Positions 17,262 to 27,637 are shown, numbered from the stretch's first letter. The stretch: 64,000 nt of DNA from Bacteroidota bacterium (GCA_030706385.1 JAUZOQ010000003.1:4297-68296); one strand, 5' to 3'. Made by a program: numbers and translations. The notes: generated by a model not told the origin, from the letters alone.

Positions 17262-19025
17262 TCAGCCTATCTTACTTGAGCACACATCACACTTGCCGCA
17301 TCTTCCGCCTTCCTGGTTTTCTCCGAAATAATTGAGGATCATTGCTGCGCGGCAATTCCACGTTGTTGCATAACGCTGAACTTCACGAAGTTTTCCTAGT
17401 GTGTGATCGAATGACTTTTGGATCTTCTCCAAAGGAAGAGTGATATCCTCTTCATGGACTCGCGGACTCAGGAAGGAGATCGAATACGTCTTCGAATCCG
17501 GCGGAGCGAATGACGCAGCTTTATAGGTGAGAATGCCGTTCGCTTCCAGGAGGCGCATTGCCTTTCCATAGCTCGACCTATCGAGCGATAGAGCTGCGAT
17601 CACTTCATCGGCATTGAAGTACAATTCCATGCCAAGGCCTGCATCATCTTCAAGAGAGTGAAACTTCCTGATGAGTTGTACTCCGGCTCCATTCCGCGAC
17701 CGATAGATGTACTCTTCCCTTCTTTGCCGCGGCATGAGAAATTTTACGGCAGAGGTGCGGCCTTGTACTGAATTCTTATCGTAGGAGATCAATCCGGATT
17801 CTGCAAGAAGCTCAAGCGCCCGGCTAAGCGAAGAGCTCCAGCCCGGCAAGTGAGAGAGGATCTGATTGCGAGTAAAGGATACGGTACCGTTATACATCGC
17901 GCCAATCGGATTGGAGACCATGTCATTCAGCACAGCATAAAGCGCCGTAAGTTCTTCAGCGGAAGGAAAATTTCTTTGGAGAAGATATTCGTGCGTGCGC
18001 TCATCGCCGGAGTTATACATGAGTATTGCCAGCGCCTCGTTGCCATCGCGCCCCGCACGTCCGGATTCCTGGTAGTAGGCTTCTAGCGTTGCAGGAATAT
18101 CATAGTGAATCACGGCCCGCACATCCGGCTTATCGATTCCCATTCCGAATGCACTTGTGGCAACGATGATCCGATTTTTACCCGAAAGAAATGCCTCTTG
18201 CGTTCTGAGGCGCGAATCGCTTGTCATCCCTGCATGATAGCTCTCGGCCAAAAATCCCAGGCTTCGTAATGATAGCGCCACTTTATCGGCCCGTGATCGC
18301 GACGATGTGTAGATGATGATCCCCGCTTCAATCTCCTGAACGAGCCCGACGAGACGGACGTCTTTCTCGCATTCACCTAATACTGCATATCGAATGTTCG
18401 GACGTTCGAATCCGGTGACGATCTCCAGCGGCTGCTCAAGATCAAGTTGTTCCTTAATATCGCTGCGCACATCGGGCGTTGCCGTTGCAGTCAGAGCTAT
18501 GACAGGAGGACGGCCGCTTGTGAATTCGTGATAAAATTGCGGAATCCTACGATAACTTTTCCGAAAGTCATGGCCCCATTCGCTGATGCAATGCGCTTCA
18601 TCGATGGCAATGAACGAAATATGAAGCTCGGAAACGAGTGATTTGAATGCATCGCTCTCCAGCCGCTCCGGAGAGACATAGAGAAGCTTCAGTTCGCCAG
18701 ATCGTGCTTTTTCCAGAACCGACCTGGAATCATCGAACGACTGCGAGCTATTCATCGCCGCTGCCGCAATATTCCGGTTGGCAAGTTTATCGACCTGATC
18801 CTTCATTAAAGAAATTAGCGGCGAGATCACCAGAGCCGTACCTTCCATCATGACGGCTGGAAGTTGATAACATAAGGATTTGCCGCCGCCTGTCGGCATA
18901 ACGACGAAAGTATCTCTTCCCTGAAGCAATGCAGTAATTGCCTCTTCCTGCATCGGACGAAAAGAAGAGATGCCGAAATGTTCTTGAAGAGATTCTAACA
19001 AAGAAGGTGGCACAACGAAATTCAA
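17262..19025 (-). CDS. recQ: RecQ-family ATP-dependent DNA helicase with atypical C-terminal layout
   Basis: FRPMQEEAI, MPTGGGKSLCYQLPA, IDEAHCISEWGHDFR, TATAT, VATSAFGMGIDKPDVR, YYQESGRAGRDG. Zn motif CRAAMILNYFGE..CGKCDVC at the extreme C-terminus. The start codon is TTG 19025 or GTG 19013. Confidence 0.9.
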   Translation of the reverse strand: MNFVVPPSLLESLQEHFGISSFRPMQEEAITALLQGRDTFVVMPTGGGKSLCYQLPAVMMEGTALVISPLISLMKDQVDKLANRNIAAAAMNSSQSFDDSRSVLEKARSGELKLLYVSPERLESDAFKSLVSELHISFIAIDEAHCISEWGHDFRKSYRRIPQFYHEFTSGRPPVIALTATATPDVRSDIKEQLDLEQPLEIVTGFERPNIRYAVLGECEKDVRLVGLVQEIEAGIIIYTSSRSRADKVALSLRSLGFLAESYHAGMTSDSRLRTQEAFLSGKNRIIVATSAFGMGIDKPDVRAVIHYDIPATLEAYYQESGRAGRDGNEALAILMYNSGDERTHEYLLQRNFPSAEELTALYAVLNDMVSNPIGAMYNGTVSFTRNQILSHLPGWSSSLSRALELLAESGLISYDKNSVQGRTSAVKFLMPRQRREEYIYRSRNGAGVQLIRKFHSLEDDAGLGMELYFNADEVIAALSLDRSSYGKAMRLLEANGILTYKAASFAPPDSKTYSISFLSPRVHEEDITLPLEKIQKSFDHTLGKLREVQRYATTWNCRAAMILNYFGENQEGGRCGKCDVCSSKIG

Positions 19026-19078
19026 TAACTAGTTGGCTGCAAAGCCTTGAAGCCCCGAAAAGCTAACACATTTCGCGA

Positions 19079-20119
19079 TCAGCGCTTAACAACTTTTCCC
19101 ATGAGCACAGGTTCCTCGCCGGAAGCATGCAAATGATCGATCATATCGGTTGCTTTCGATGCATCGGCAATGATGATGAGCCCGATACCGAGATTCAATG
19201 CTTTGCGCATACTTTCTTCTGGTACATTTCCGACTTTCTGAATAAGATCAAAAATAGCCGGGCGCTTCCAGGAATTCCAATCGATGTCCAGACCGAGGCC
19301 TGCCGAAAGTACACGAGAAGTATTGCCAACGATTCCGCCGCCGGTGATATGACTCAGCGAATGAATATCTTCGCGTGGCGAAAACTTTTCGAATAAAGAA
19401 AGTACGGGAGCAAGATAGGAACGATGAACTTTCAGCAACGCTTCGCCGATCGTCTCACCGTTCAATTCTTTCGGCTTTGCACCAACTCCGAGAACTTCGA
19501 CAAGCGCTTTTCTAGCAAGGCTGTAACCATTCGTATGAAGGCCATTACTCCGCAAACCGATCAGGACATCGCCTTCTCTGACATTCTCGCGGGAAACGAT
19601 GGCATCGCGCTCGACCACTCCGATGATCGTGCCCGCAAGATCGAAATCATCTCCGGCATAGATGCCCGGCATCTCTGCCGTCTCGCCACCGATCAGAGCG
19701 CAGTTATTCTCGAGACAGCCGCTGACAAATCCTTCGACCACGGATACGCCATGCTCAACGTGCAATTTGCCCGAAGCAAAGTAATCCAAAAAGAAAATCG
19801 GTTTTGCACCGCAGACTAAAATATCGTTCGTGCAATGATTGACAAGGTCATGCCCCACACTATCGAATTTCCCTGCATCGATGGCAACCTTGATCTTCGT
19901 ACCTACTCCATCGGTGCTCGAAACCAGAACGGGCTGCTTCATTCCGGGAAAGCGCGCATCGTAAAGGCCTCCGAAGCCGCCGATATCGGTGAGCACATTA
20001 GGATTAAACGTTTTTCGAACGAGCGGCTTGATGCGCCGAACAACTTCTTCACCGGCTTCGATATTCACTCCTGCCGATTCGTAGGTAATCATCTTCGTTG
20101 GTTTTTCGGTGGCGATCAT
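19079..20119 (-). CDS. purM: phosphoribosylformylglycinamidine cyclo-ligase (AIR synthase)
   Basis: YESAGVNIEAG, IGGFGGLY, SSTDGVGTK, GGETAEMPG. Confidence 0.93.
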   Translation of the reverse strand: MIATEKPTKMITYESAGVNIEAGEEVVRRIKPLVRKTFNPNVLTDIGGFGGLYDARFPGMKQPVLVSSTDGVGTKIKVAIDAGKFDSVGHDLVNHCTNDILVCGAKPIFFLDYFASGKLHVEHGVSVVEGFVSGCLENNCALIGGETAEMPGIYAGDDFDLAGTIIGVVERDAIVSRENVREGDVLIGLRSNGLHTNGYSLARKALVEVLGVGAKPKELNGETIGEALLKVHRSYLAPVLSLFEKFSPREDIHSLSHITGGGIVGNTSRVLSAGLGLDIDWNSWKRPAIFDLIQKVGNVPEESMRKALNLGIGLIIIADASKATDMIDHLHASGEEPVLMGKVVKR

Positions 20120-20122
20120 GAT

Positions 20123-20653
20123 CTATTGTTGAGGGCGAGCCGTGACAACAAGCGTATAGTTTGCATTGAATGTCACTGCAGCCGGTGGCGGTTTCTGGTA
20201 ACCGAACGTTGCGGAAAATGTCGCTTTCGGATTTTTCAGATACGAAGCAATATCGGCATTCGTCAATCCCATCGAATCTACTGCTCCACTATAGGTGGCA
20301 ACAAGCTGCGTACCTGATGAATCGGAAGCCGTCAGGATAAGCGTATCGATGTTCGAGAAAGGATATGCAACATCGGTCGATGCGAAAACCAGCCGAGTCA
20401 ATTTCACCGTCCTGACGAGCGATGATGTTGTTCCGTTCCGCGCCAGATCCGAGCTATCGATTGAAACCGGAACGGTGACCGTCATCGGTGGCCATACCGT
20501 ACTTCCGGCCGAAGCATTGAGGCCGAAGCTTTTCTGCAAATTGAATGTAAAATAATCATCGATGCTATTCGTATCGCTGCACGAGAGCAAGGAAGTACAA
20601 AATAACAGCACCGGCAAATACCGAAGCCGGAACAAGGAAGTAAAGCCTTTCAT
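20123..20653 (-). CDS. lipoprotein, paralogue of 20661-21212
   Basis: Lipobox LLSCSD. SLVRTVKLTRLVF..NIDTLILT..LVATYSG..LTNADIASYLKNP aligns with the neighbour. Its stop lies 3 nt before the purM start. Confidence 0.7.
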   Translation of the reverse strand: MKGFTSLFRLRYLPVLLFCTSLLSCSDTNSIDDYFTFNLQKSFGLNASAGSTVWPPMTVTVPVSIDSSDLARNGTTSSLVRTVKLTRLVFASTDVAYPFSNIDTLILTASDSSGTQLVATYSGAVDSMGLTNADIASYLKNPKATFSATFGYQKPPPAAVTFNANYTLVVTARPQQ

Positions 20654-20660
20654 ATAGTGG

Positions 20661-21212
20661 TTATGGGAGCGGATCGGCAGAAAAGGTCAGCTTATAACTT
20701 GTCAACAGATTCACTGTGTGAGGCGGATCGCTCTTGAGCCGGAACGTCACATAAAATTTATCGTTCGGATTTTTCGCATCGGCGGCGAAATCGGCATTCG
20801 TCAGCGTTTTTTTATCGCCTGTCCCGACATACGTTGCCAGAAGGATTTGATGAAGCGAGTCCAGGCCGACAGAAAGAGTCATCGTATCGATATTCGTTCT
20901 GGGAAAAGCAACACTATCGTCGATTGCGATTGTCATATCCGTAAGCTTCAGAGTTCGCACGAGCGATAATGAAGTCTTTTGTTGAGCAAGAGTTGCGCTA
21001 TCGATTCCGATCGGAACACCCGGTGCGGCAAATGTCATGCCGATCGGCGTCAAGGCCGGTATCGGAATGGGCGGTGCAGTCTTGGTGATGCTGAAGGTCA
21101 GCAGATTGTCGATTGCCTGCGACACTTGTTTACATGAGGCAGTGAAGAAAAGTCCGAGCAGAAGGAGAGAAGGAAAGAGGCGGCGAATATGTTGTGTTGT
21201 TTTCATACGCAT
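20661..21212 (-). CDS. lipoprotein, paralogue of 20123-20653
   Basis: MRMKTTQHIRRLFPSLLLLGLFFTASC lipobox (ATG 21212; ATGs at 21206 and 21251 are also possible). SLVRTLKLTDMTI..NIDTMTLS..LLATYVG..LTNADFAADAKNP. Confidence 0.7.
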   Translation of the reverse strand: MRMKTTQHIRRLFPSLLLLGLFFTASCKQVSQAIDNLLTFSITKTAPPIPIPALTPIGMTFAAPGVPIGIDSATLAQQKTSLSLVRTLKLTDMTIAIDDSVAFPRTNIDTMTLSVGLDSLHQILLATYVGTGDKKTLTNADFAADAKNPNDKFYVTFRLKSDPPHTVNLLTSYKLTFSADPLP

Positions 21213-21294
21213 TTTAACGAGTGAAGCAATACTGCTGTTCCTCAAACTCATCTACAATTTTCATGCCGAGGGATAGCAACGAGAACATAACCAC

Positions 21295-22470
21295 ATGTCA
21301 TATCCGGATATAACGATCAGTAACCGTCATGAGCGCAGACTTCTGAAGGGGCATTTATGGGCATTCAGTAATGAATTGAAGGAAATCAGAAAAGATATTC
21401 CTCCTGGTTCAATAGTGCGGCTACTTCGGGAGTTCGACGAGAAGCCCTTCGCTCTTGCCTTTTACCATCCGAATTCGCTCATTGCAGCCCGGATCATTAC
21501 GAGAGACTCAGCAAAAGAGATCGGCGAGGCCTTTTTCCGCTCACGGATCGAACGAGCTGCGGCACGGAGAGCATTCATCCTCTCGGAGCGAAGCGGAGTC
21601 CGTCTCATTCATGGAGAAAGCGATTTCCTGCCCGGACTTATCCTCGAAAAATATAACGATATCCTGACGTTCCAGATCACTTCGGCCGGAATGGAACTCC
21701 AGAAGGACGTCGTCGTATCCTTATTAAAGGACATATTTTCTCCGAAGTCGATCATTGAAAAGAACAAGTCGCATTTGCGAAAGCTCGAAGGCTTGCCGGA
21801 GCTGGAATCGGTCGTCTTTGGCACGGAAACCGAAACAGAAATTCACGATGGTGCTGGCATAAAGTTTGCTGTTTCTTTATTAAAAGGACAGAAAACCGGA
21901 TTCTACCTGGATCAGATGGAGAACCGTACTGCTTTTGCGCGGTATGTGAAACAGAATGACAGCGTTCTCGATCTCTTTAGTAATGAAGGTGGTTTTGCCC
22001 TGAATATGGCAGCAAAAGGAGCAAAGGTTATCGCAGTCGATGCTTCCGCTGATGCTCTTGAAAATGCAAAGAAAAATGCCAATCTGAACGGCTTGGGAGA
22101 GAGAGTTCAAACGGTAACGGCCGATTGCTTCGACTATCTTCGCGATAGTTCGGAGAAATTCGATGCCGTCGTGCTCGATCCGCCATCGCTATTGCGGTCG
22201 AAAAAGGAGCTGCATGCGGCAAAGAAGGCGTACTTCAATCTGCATAAGAATGCCATGAAGTGCACGAAGCCCGAAGGTTTTTTGGCAACGGCATCGTGTT
22301 CGCATCACTTGACTCGTGACCTCTTTCTCGAGATCATCCGCGATGCGGCCGGTGATGCAGGCCGCGCAGTGACGATTCTCGAAGAGCGCGGGGCCGGAGC
22401 CGATCATCCCGTCCTGGCAATGATGCCGGAAACGGAATACTTGAAAATGTTTATTCTGAGAGTGCATTAG
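21295..22470 (+). CDS. rlmI: class I SAM-dependent rRNA methyltransferase, RlmI-like (PUA + MTase)
   Basis: N-terminal RLLKGHLWAFSNEL (PUA-like), KTGFYLDQ, VLDLFSNEGGFAL, AVVLDPPS. Confidence 0.8.
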   Translation: MSYPDITISNRHERRLLKGHLWAFSNELKEIRKDIPPGSIVRLLREFDEKPFALAFYHPNSLIAARIITRDSAKEIGEAFFRSRIERAAARRAFILSERSGVRLIHGESDFLPGLILEKYNDILTFQITSAGMELQKDVVVSLLKDIFSPKSIIEKNKSHLRKLEGLPELESVVFGTETETEIHDGAGIKFAVSLLKGQKTGFYLDQMENRTAFARYVKQNDSVLDLFSNEGGFALNMAAKGAKVIAVDASADALENAKKNANLNGLGERVQTVTADCFDYLRDSSEKFDAVVLDPPSLLRSKKELHAAKKAYFNLHKNAMKCTKPEGFLATASCSHHLTRDLFLEIIRDAAGDAGRAVTILEERGAGADHPVLAMMPETEYLKMFILRVH

Positions 22471-22526
22471 GCAAAAAGGCATGCCCGGTGTAACTTTCGC
22501 AGTATGAGGTGGGTTATTAATTACAG

Positions 22527-23222
22527 ATGAAGTTCAAAGTCTTACATATTGCTCTCATTTCCGCTCTGATCTTCAGTGCTCTTCCCTCTTATGCTCAAAC
22601 TGCTTCCGGGACGATAAAGACCAGTAATCCGAAGGATTCTGCAATGATCTTCGAATCTCCACGCCCCCTGCTACAGGATAACACAGCCGGAAGTAATACC
22701 CTCAATAATTCATTCGGATTTTCAGGACTAATTAATGATTACGGATTCGGTCTCGGAGTCTACTACCGCAGGAATATTTCCACCGATCTGAGCGGCGTGA
22801 TCAATTTCGATTTCGGATCTGCAAAGGGTTCGAAGGAATTCGGTCTTGACGATGAGTTGAAGGTCAACCGGATCTACGTCATGCCACTAATGGCATCGCT
22901 TCAATACCGTCTCTTCAATGATGTTCTCGGCGAAGGGCTCAGGCCGTATGTTACTATCGGAGGTGGACCGGCATTCGTCGCAACGACCGATGCATCACAA
23001 GAATTTTTCACGGCTCTGGTCCATCCGACCTTCACGATGACGTTCGGTGGATTTTTCGGCATCGGAGCATATTTCGGATCCGATCCGAAGACGACATTCG
23101 GTGCAAGCTTGAAGTACAATTTCATTCCTTACCGCTCTCCGGGAATTGAAAGCACCCAAGGACATTTCCTCACGGACTTCAACAATGCAGCGCTGACCAT
23201 TTCCTACGGATTTAATTTCTGA
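22527..23222 (+). CDS. outer-membrane beta-barrel protein
   Basis: Signal peptide MKFKVLHIALISALIFSALPSYAQ. Beta-strand periodicity. C-terminal beta-signal ..ALTISYGFNF. Confidence 0.75.
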   Translation: MKFKVLHIALISALIFSALPSYAQTASGTIKTSNPKDSAMIFESPRPLLQDNTAGSNTLNNSFGFSGLINDYGFGLGVYYRRNISTDLSGVINFDFGSAKGSKEFGLDDELKVNRIYVMPLMASLQYRLFNDVLGEGLRPYVTIGGGPAFVATTDASQEFFTALVHPTFTMTFGGFFGIGAYFGSDPKTTFGASLKYNFIPYRSPGIESTQGHFLTDFNNAALTISYGFNF

Positions 23223-23234
23223 TCCCCGGCGACC

Positions 23235-26200
23235 CTATCGTACGATCGTGATCGTGCGACTACCGAGAAGAGTATTTTCCTGCGACAAGATGAGTTGATA
23301 GCTTCCGCTCGGAAGAGAGGAGATATTGAGCGGCACTTCGTTCGTACCAAGATTTAATCCTGACTTTAGTCGCAACTTCACAACTCCGAGATCATCGATA
23401 AGCGATAATTTGGCCTCACCTTTGACCTTCGCCTCAACTCCGACCGTTACGATACTACTGGCCGGATTCGGAGAAACAAATCCGATAAATGCCGGCAGAT
23501 TTCCGTTCAGGAATGCGCGAAGTGTTGCATCGCCGCATTCGCTGCCAGTCGAAAGCATTCCTTGAACCGATGAAGCAGTCGAGCCCTGGCTGATAAAAAT
23601 ATCTTCAGGGATGAGAGCCGTCGTATCATGACGCGCAATGGAACAGGTAAACGGCACATCGAACGTGGTTGTGGCAAAAGAAAGCGAATTATCGATCGAG
23701 CGGTTGTTGCGGATGAGATCGTATCTCATCTTATTCGAAGGCAGAGGAGTCGGGTTGATGAAGTAATTGCAGAGCGGATTGCTGCCCGAGCAATCGGTTA
23801 CCGGATTCTGCAGCAAGGCAAGATCGGAATCGTAATTCAGCGTGAAGCTGATCGTATCGAGATTGATGGGCGCCGGAGTTGCCGAGATCGAAACCCTGAA
23901 CTTCCCTTTCACCTGAGTGCGCGGAACACTGACCGTATCGATCGAGATATGAATATCTCCGATCGATCTCCCTAGTGCCCGTACTGAAGCGAGCGCCATT
24001 GTATCATTGGACAGCGTGAAATCCGATAGCCAGGATCCAAGCAACGAAGGAGTAAAATTGAGGGTGAACGTCTTTGTCTCGAATGGCTGGAAGCTGATGG
24101 GAGCAACCATATCGGTGGAGAAGACTGGTACATCTCCCGTTTGTGTGACCTTCGTGACGACGGCAGGCGATTCGTTCGGATTCCTGATCTGGAAAGTTCT
24201 TGGAATATTCGCCGGAGCATAGACCGTCCCGAAATCCACGATATTCGTGGCGCCGAACGGCACGAGAGGTTTGGAGAGCGGATCGATCGAGATCGTCGTT
24301 TCGCACGTATGCCCGACGCTATCGACGGCATGGACGATTGCCGAAGCAACGGTGAACGGATCGATCACCGTGAACTGCATCTGCGCGTGATTAACATCGG
24401 TGAAGACGACAGGGCCGACCGTTAAATTATTCGCGGCTCCGATCAAGCTAAGAGAGAGAATTCCCCGATCCCACGCTGCAGCATCGGAAGCATGAAAAAT
24501 TCTCGTTTTCTGGTTCGGTATTTCGACTGAACATATAGGAGCACTAACATCGGGCAGCGGATCGTACCTCAGCGTATCGCTCTGCACATTGCTTGCGCTA
24601 TCGGAAGCCGTAATCGGAGCACGAGCAGGTTGCAGAGAATCGAGGATCGGCACAATGAAGGTCTCGAAGCGATTCGTCACCACCGAGGTAATTTTCGCAG
24701 CCCCCGTATTCGGAGCCGGAAGAATCGTAATATTTTTTATTCCAAGATCTTTGAATCGCTGCTCTCTGACATTTCCTGTCATCTGCAGACGCGGAGAGAA
24801 TATCGGATCTTGCGTGATGATCGGCGGCAGCGTATCGCCAGTTGCCGAATCCCGCTTAATGCAGTAATCGCCTATATTGCCGGATGAATCCAAGGCTTCC
24901 AGGCAGCCGCTCGACGCTGCAGCAGGATTGGGCACATGAAGCCATGCCTGGCCGATGCGACGAGTAAGAATGCTGACACTATCGAGAACAAGATTTTGCG
25001 CTCCGGGCCTAAGCCGTGCAGTGCTCAGTCCCCTATCCCACGGCCTCGTTTCCGAAAGCACTAACTGGTAATTGCCGAACGATGACTGCGCAACATTGAT
25101 CAGCGGCACCAGCGTATCGGGTTTCGGAGTGTATATCACTACTTTGCGCGTACGGTTATTTCCCGAATCGCTTGCGATAAACACTGCCCGTCCCGGCTGA
25201 AGAGAATCGGAGACGACAAGGCTATCGGAAGCATAATTCGGCATGAGCGAAATCGGACTTTGCGATAGCTTGAAAAAGTTTTGCAGCAACGAATCCTGAA
25301 AATACCGTAAGCCTCGAGTGCACGGGAAATTCTCCGTTGCCATCACAAGGCGCGATGTGTATGAAGGAGAAATCTCTGTAATAAGCGGCGGATCGAAATC
25401 GTAGATATTTCTTCCGAGCGTATATTGCTCGATCAGCGATCGTGAGAGTCCCTTGTAATTAAGAGTAAGAGAAATATCATGAAGCTTCATCCATGGGCAG
25501 GGATTTGCCGAGACATAGCGGATCAGGCAGTGCTCGCCAAAGACGTATTCGGCAAGCTGCCCCATCGTCGGAGCATATTGTGCCGTATCCTTCGCCTGCA
25601 TAAAGACTCCTCCGGTCGAATGCGAAAGCAGTTGATTCAATCCACCCGACTTCGGATCGGTGCCAAGCTCCATGACATAGAGCGTAATGCCCAGCACGTT
25701 CAATAGAGAATCATAATAAGGTGTATTGATGATGGCATCATCGGTGATCAGAACAATGGCCTTCTGCTGGAACGGCTGGTTCTGCAGAAGCGCAGCGCTC
25801 AGATGGATAGCCGTATCGACATCGGTGAATCCGGTAAACGACTGCGCATTGAGTGCATTCTGGAAGGCCGTCGAATCGGCTGAATTCCCACCGGAATAAA
25901 ATCCGTTCAGATGGATCGGGCCCGGATAGTAGATCACCTGATCGGTGAATGCAACTAAGGCGTAGCGTGACGCGCTCGGAATTGCAGAAATAAAGCGGTC
26001 GTATGCTTTGAAGTATGCCGTATAGACATCCCACGTATCTCCGGCACTGGCCTTGATCGACGTGCTGGCATCGACGCAGAAAACGACCGCGGCCTGTCCT
26101 GATTCATCGCAGCCGATGAGATCGGGATTAACGGGTACTTTATCTTCGGTGACTTTAAGATTTGACGGAAGTACTCCGGGCTGAGGAAGAGAGCCGTTGT

Positions 26201-26351
26201 AGGTTGCCGTCATTTTCAGGCGGACGACGGGAAAGCTATCGATCCGGGGAGTGGAGGTTACAAAGCCCAGGCGCTGCCCGAAACCCAGGACGGGCAATAC
26301 GAGAACGATGCTCAAGACGAGCAACTGAGCTGAACGTAAGGTGTATTTCAC
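23235..26351 (-). CDS. T9SS cargo with von Willebrand factor A domain
   Basis: Likely GTG start at 26351, preceded by GGAGAG (signal (M)KYTLRSAQLLVLSIVLVLPVLGFG). vWA motifs VVFCVDASTSI, ALVAFTDQV, IVLITDD. C-terminus VSPNPASSIVTVGVEA...GSYQLILSQENTLLGSRTITIVR. Confidence 0.85.
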   Translation of the reverse strand: MKYTLRSAQLLVLSIVLVLPVLGFGQRLGFVTSTPRIDSFPVVRLKMTATYNGSLPQPGVLPSNLKVTEDKVPVNPDLIGCDESGQAAVVFCVDASTSIKASAGDTWDVYTAYFKAYDRFISAIPSASRYALVAFTDQVIYYPGPIHLNGFYSGGNSADSTAFQNALNAQSFTGFTDVDTAIHLSAALLQNQPFQQKAIVLITDDAIINTPYYDSLLNVLGITLYVMELGTDPKSGGLNQLLSHSTGGVFMQAKDTAQYAPTMGQLAEYVFGEHCLIRYVSANPCPWMKLHDISLTLNYKGLSRSLIEQYTLGRNIYDFDPPLITEISPSYTSRLVMATENFPCTRGLRYFQDSLLQNFFKLSQSPISLMPNYASDSLVVSDSLQPGRAVFIASDSGNNRTRKVVIYTPKPDTLVPLINVAQSSFGNYQLVLSETRPWDRGLSTARLRPGAQNLVLDSVSILTRRIGQAWLHVPNPAAASSGCLEALDSSGNIGDYCIKRDSATGDTLPPIITQDPIFSPRLQMTGNVREQRFKDLGIKNITILPAPNTGAAKITSVVTNRFETFIVPILDSLQPARAPITASDSASNVQSDTLRYDPLPDVSAPICSVEIPNQKTRIFHASDAAAWDRGILSLSLIGAANNLTVGPVVFTDVNHAQMQFTVIDPFTVASAIVHAVDSVGHTCETTISIDPLSKPLVPFGATNIVDFGTVYAPANIPRTFQIRNPNESPAVVTKVTQTGDVPVFSTDMVAPISFQPFETKTFTLNFTPSLLGSWLSDFTLSNDTMALASVRALGRSIGDIHISIDTVSVPRTQVKGKFRVSISATPAPINLDTISFTLNYDSDLALLQNPVTDCSGSNPLCNYFINPTPLPSNKMRYDLIRNNRSIDNSLSFATTTFDVPFTCSIARHDTTALIPEDIFISQGSTASSVQGMLSTGSECGDATLRAFLNGNLPAFIGFVSPNPASSIVTVGVEAKVKGEAKLSLIDDLGVVKLRLKSGLNLGTNEVPLNISSLPSGSYQLILSQENTLLGSRTITIVR

Positions 26352-26508
26352 TATAACTCTCCTAAAAGCCCTTCTACCCAACAACGATCTCAGAAAACAA
26401 CAAAATATCCCCTAAATACAACGCTTTTCGCCAAGGAGAGTTTCATGGGAGGGGCGGGGATATGGGACATAGTCCCAGACGGGTCATTTCTGCAAGTATA
26501 TAATTTTC

Positions 26509-27045
26509 TCAAATCTGAAGGAGCGCCCCTCGGAGTTGTTCTTGACTCTTGGCGCAAAGTAATCCATCTGGTACCCAAGAACTCGGATCGGGGTGCTCAA
26601 GGAAGTCGCTTATGGTCAGAAGTTTGATGTTTTTAGCAGAATCCTGCAAACGGACTCTGCAGGTCCAGTCGACTTTGCGGTCATTGGGAGATAATGTAAT
26701 ATATCCGGTGCTATCACCACTTTCATAGGAAACCCGATGATAATTAAATGTGCCGCGAATTTCAGTAGGCTTACCGAGTGAATCGCGAGTGAGCAGAAAG
26801 AACAATTGATTGTCGTGGATATTTGCTATGCCGAATAATGGGCCAAATTCAAGCTCTCGTGATAAGCATAATGTGTCATGGCCGGGATCAAGCCGATTGA
26901 TATACATGCCTCCAACGAGATCAGGGTTAGGTGTATCGAGCACATAGAGCCGATTGTCGACTGCAAATCGTTCATCGTTCGCTCGAAATAAGGAACAAGA
27001 ACAGAGCGCGAAAAGGAGAAACGTGAAAGAGTACCTGGCAGCCAT
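26509..27045 (-). CDS. putative lipoprotein, paralogue family with 27110-27637 and 4212-4733
   Basis: FLLFALCSCS lipobox-like. GMYINRLDPGHDTLCL..LFFLLTRDSLGKPTEIRGTFNY. Confidence 0.65.
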   Translation of the reverse strand: MAARYSFTFLLFALCSCSLFRANDERFAVDNRLYVLDTPNPDLVGGMYINRLDPGHDTLCLSRELEFGPLFGIANIHDNQLFFLLTRDSLGKPTEIRGTFNYHRVSYESGDSTGYITLSPNDRKVDWTCRVRLQDSAKNIKLLTISDFLEHPDPSSWVPDGLLCAKSQEQLRGALLQI

Positions 27046-27109
27046 TCACCAGACTAACCTTTGGTTCGTTTGGTAGGGTTCCGAGAGGAGATTCTTATTG
27101 CAGCATTGA

Positions 27110-27637
27110 TTATTTCTTATACACAGGTGGATTTACCTTCCAGTATTCTTCCTCAGATTCATAAATCCTTCTGGTAAACCGATAGGGCCTTCCCTTAGCA
27201 TTGTATGCAGGAAGAGAGGTTTTTGCGAAGGATAGGGTGTCGAGGATTAAAGTCCTTCCGGTATTATTATCGCTGCCGTAGTGCACGCCGCTACTCCAAA
27301 GGTAATGAAAATGATTACCCAGGAATAGGAGGCCATATCCGGGAGGCCCAATAATCAGATCGGCGTTCTTCGGTTCTTCCTCATTAAACTCATAATATCC
27401 TCGTGTGATTACCGCTCTTCCGACTGAGTCTTTTATGATGAGAAAAAATAATCCGTCCTTGTATCCCGGATTCTTGACCAAAACCAGAGTATCCTCATCC
27501 GGATCAAAGGAGTTAACATAAATGCCGGGGATGTCAGAGTATTTGGGAGAATTTCCGGAGGAATCGCGACGAGATAATCCCGAACTGCACGAGACTGAAA
27601 TCGCGGCTATCATCATCAAAAGTGGCCACTTCATCAC
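27110..27637 (-). CDS. putative lipoprotein, paralogue family
   Basis: MMKWPLLMMIAAISVSCSS. GIYVNSFDPDEDTLVL..LFFLIIKDSVGRAVITRGYYEF..RTLILDT. Confidence 0.65.
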   Translation of the reverse strand: MMKWPLLMMIAAISVSCSSGLSRRDSSGNSPKYSDIPGIYVNSFDPDEDTLVLVKNPGYKDGLFFLIIKDSVGRAVITRGYYEFNEEEPKNADLIIGPPGYGLLFLGNHFHYLWSSGVHYGSDNNTGRTLILDTLSFAKTSLPAYNAKGRPYRFTRRIYESEEEYWKVNPPVYKK

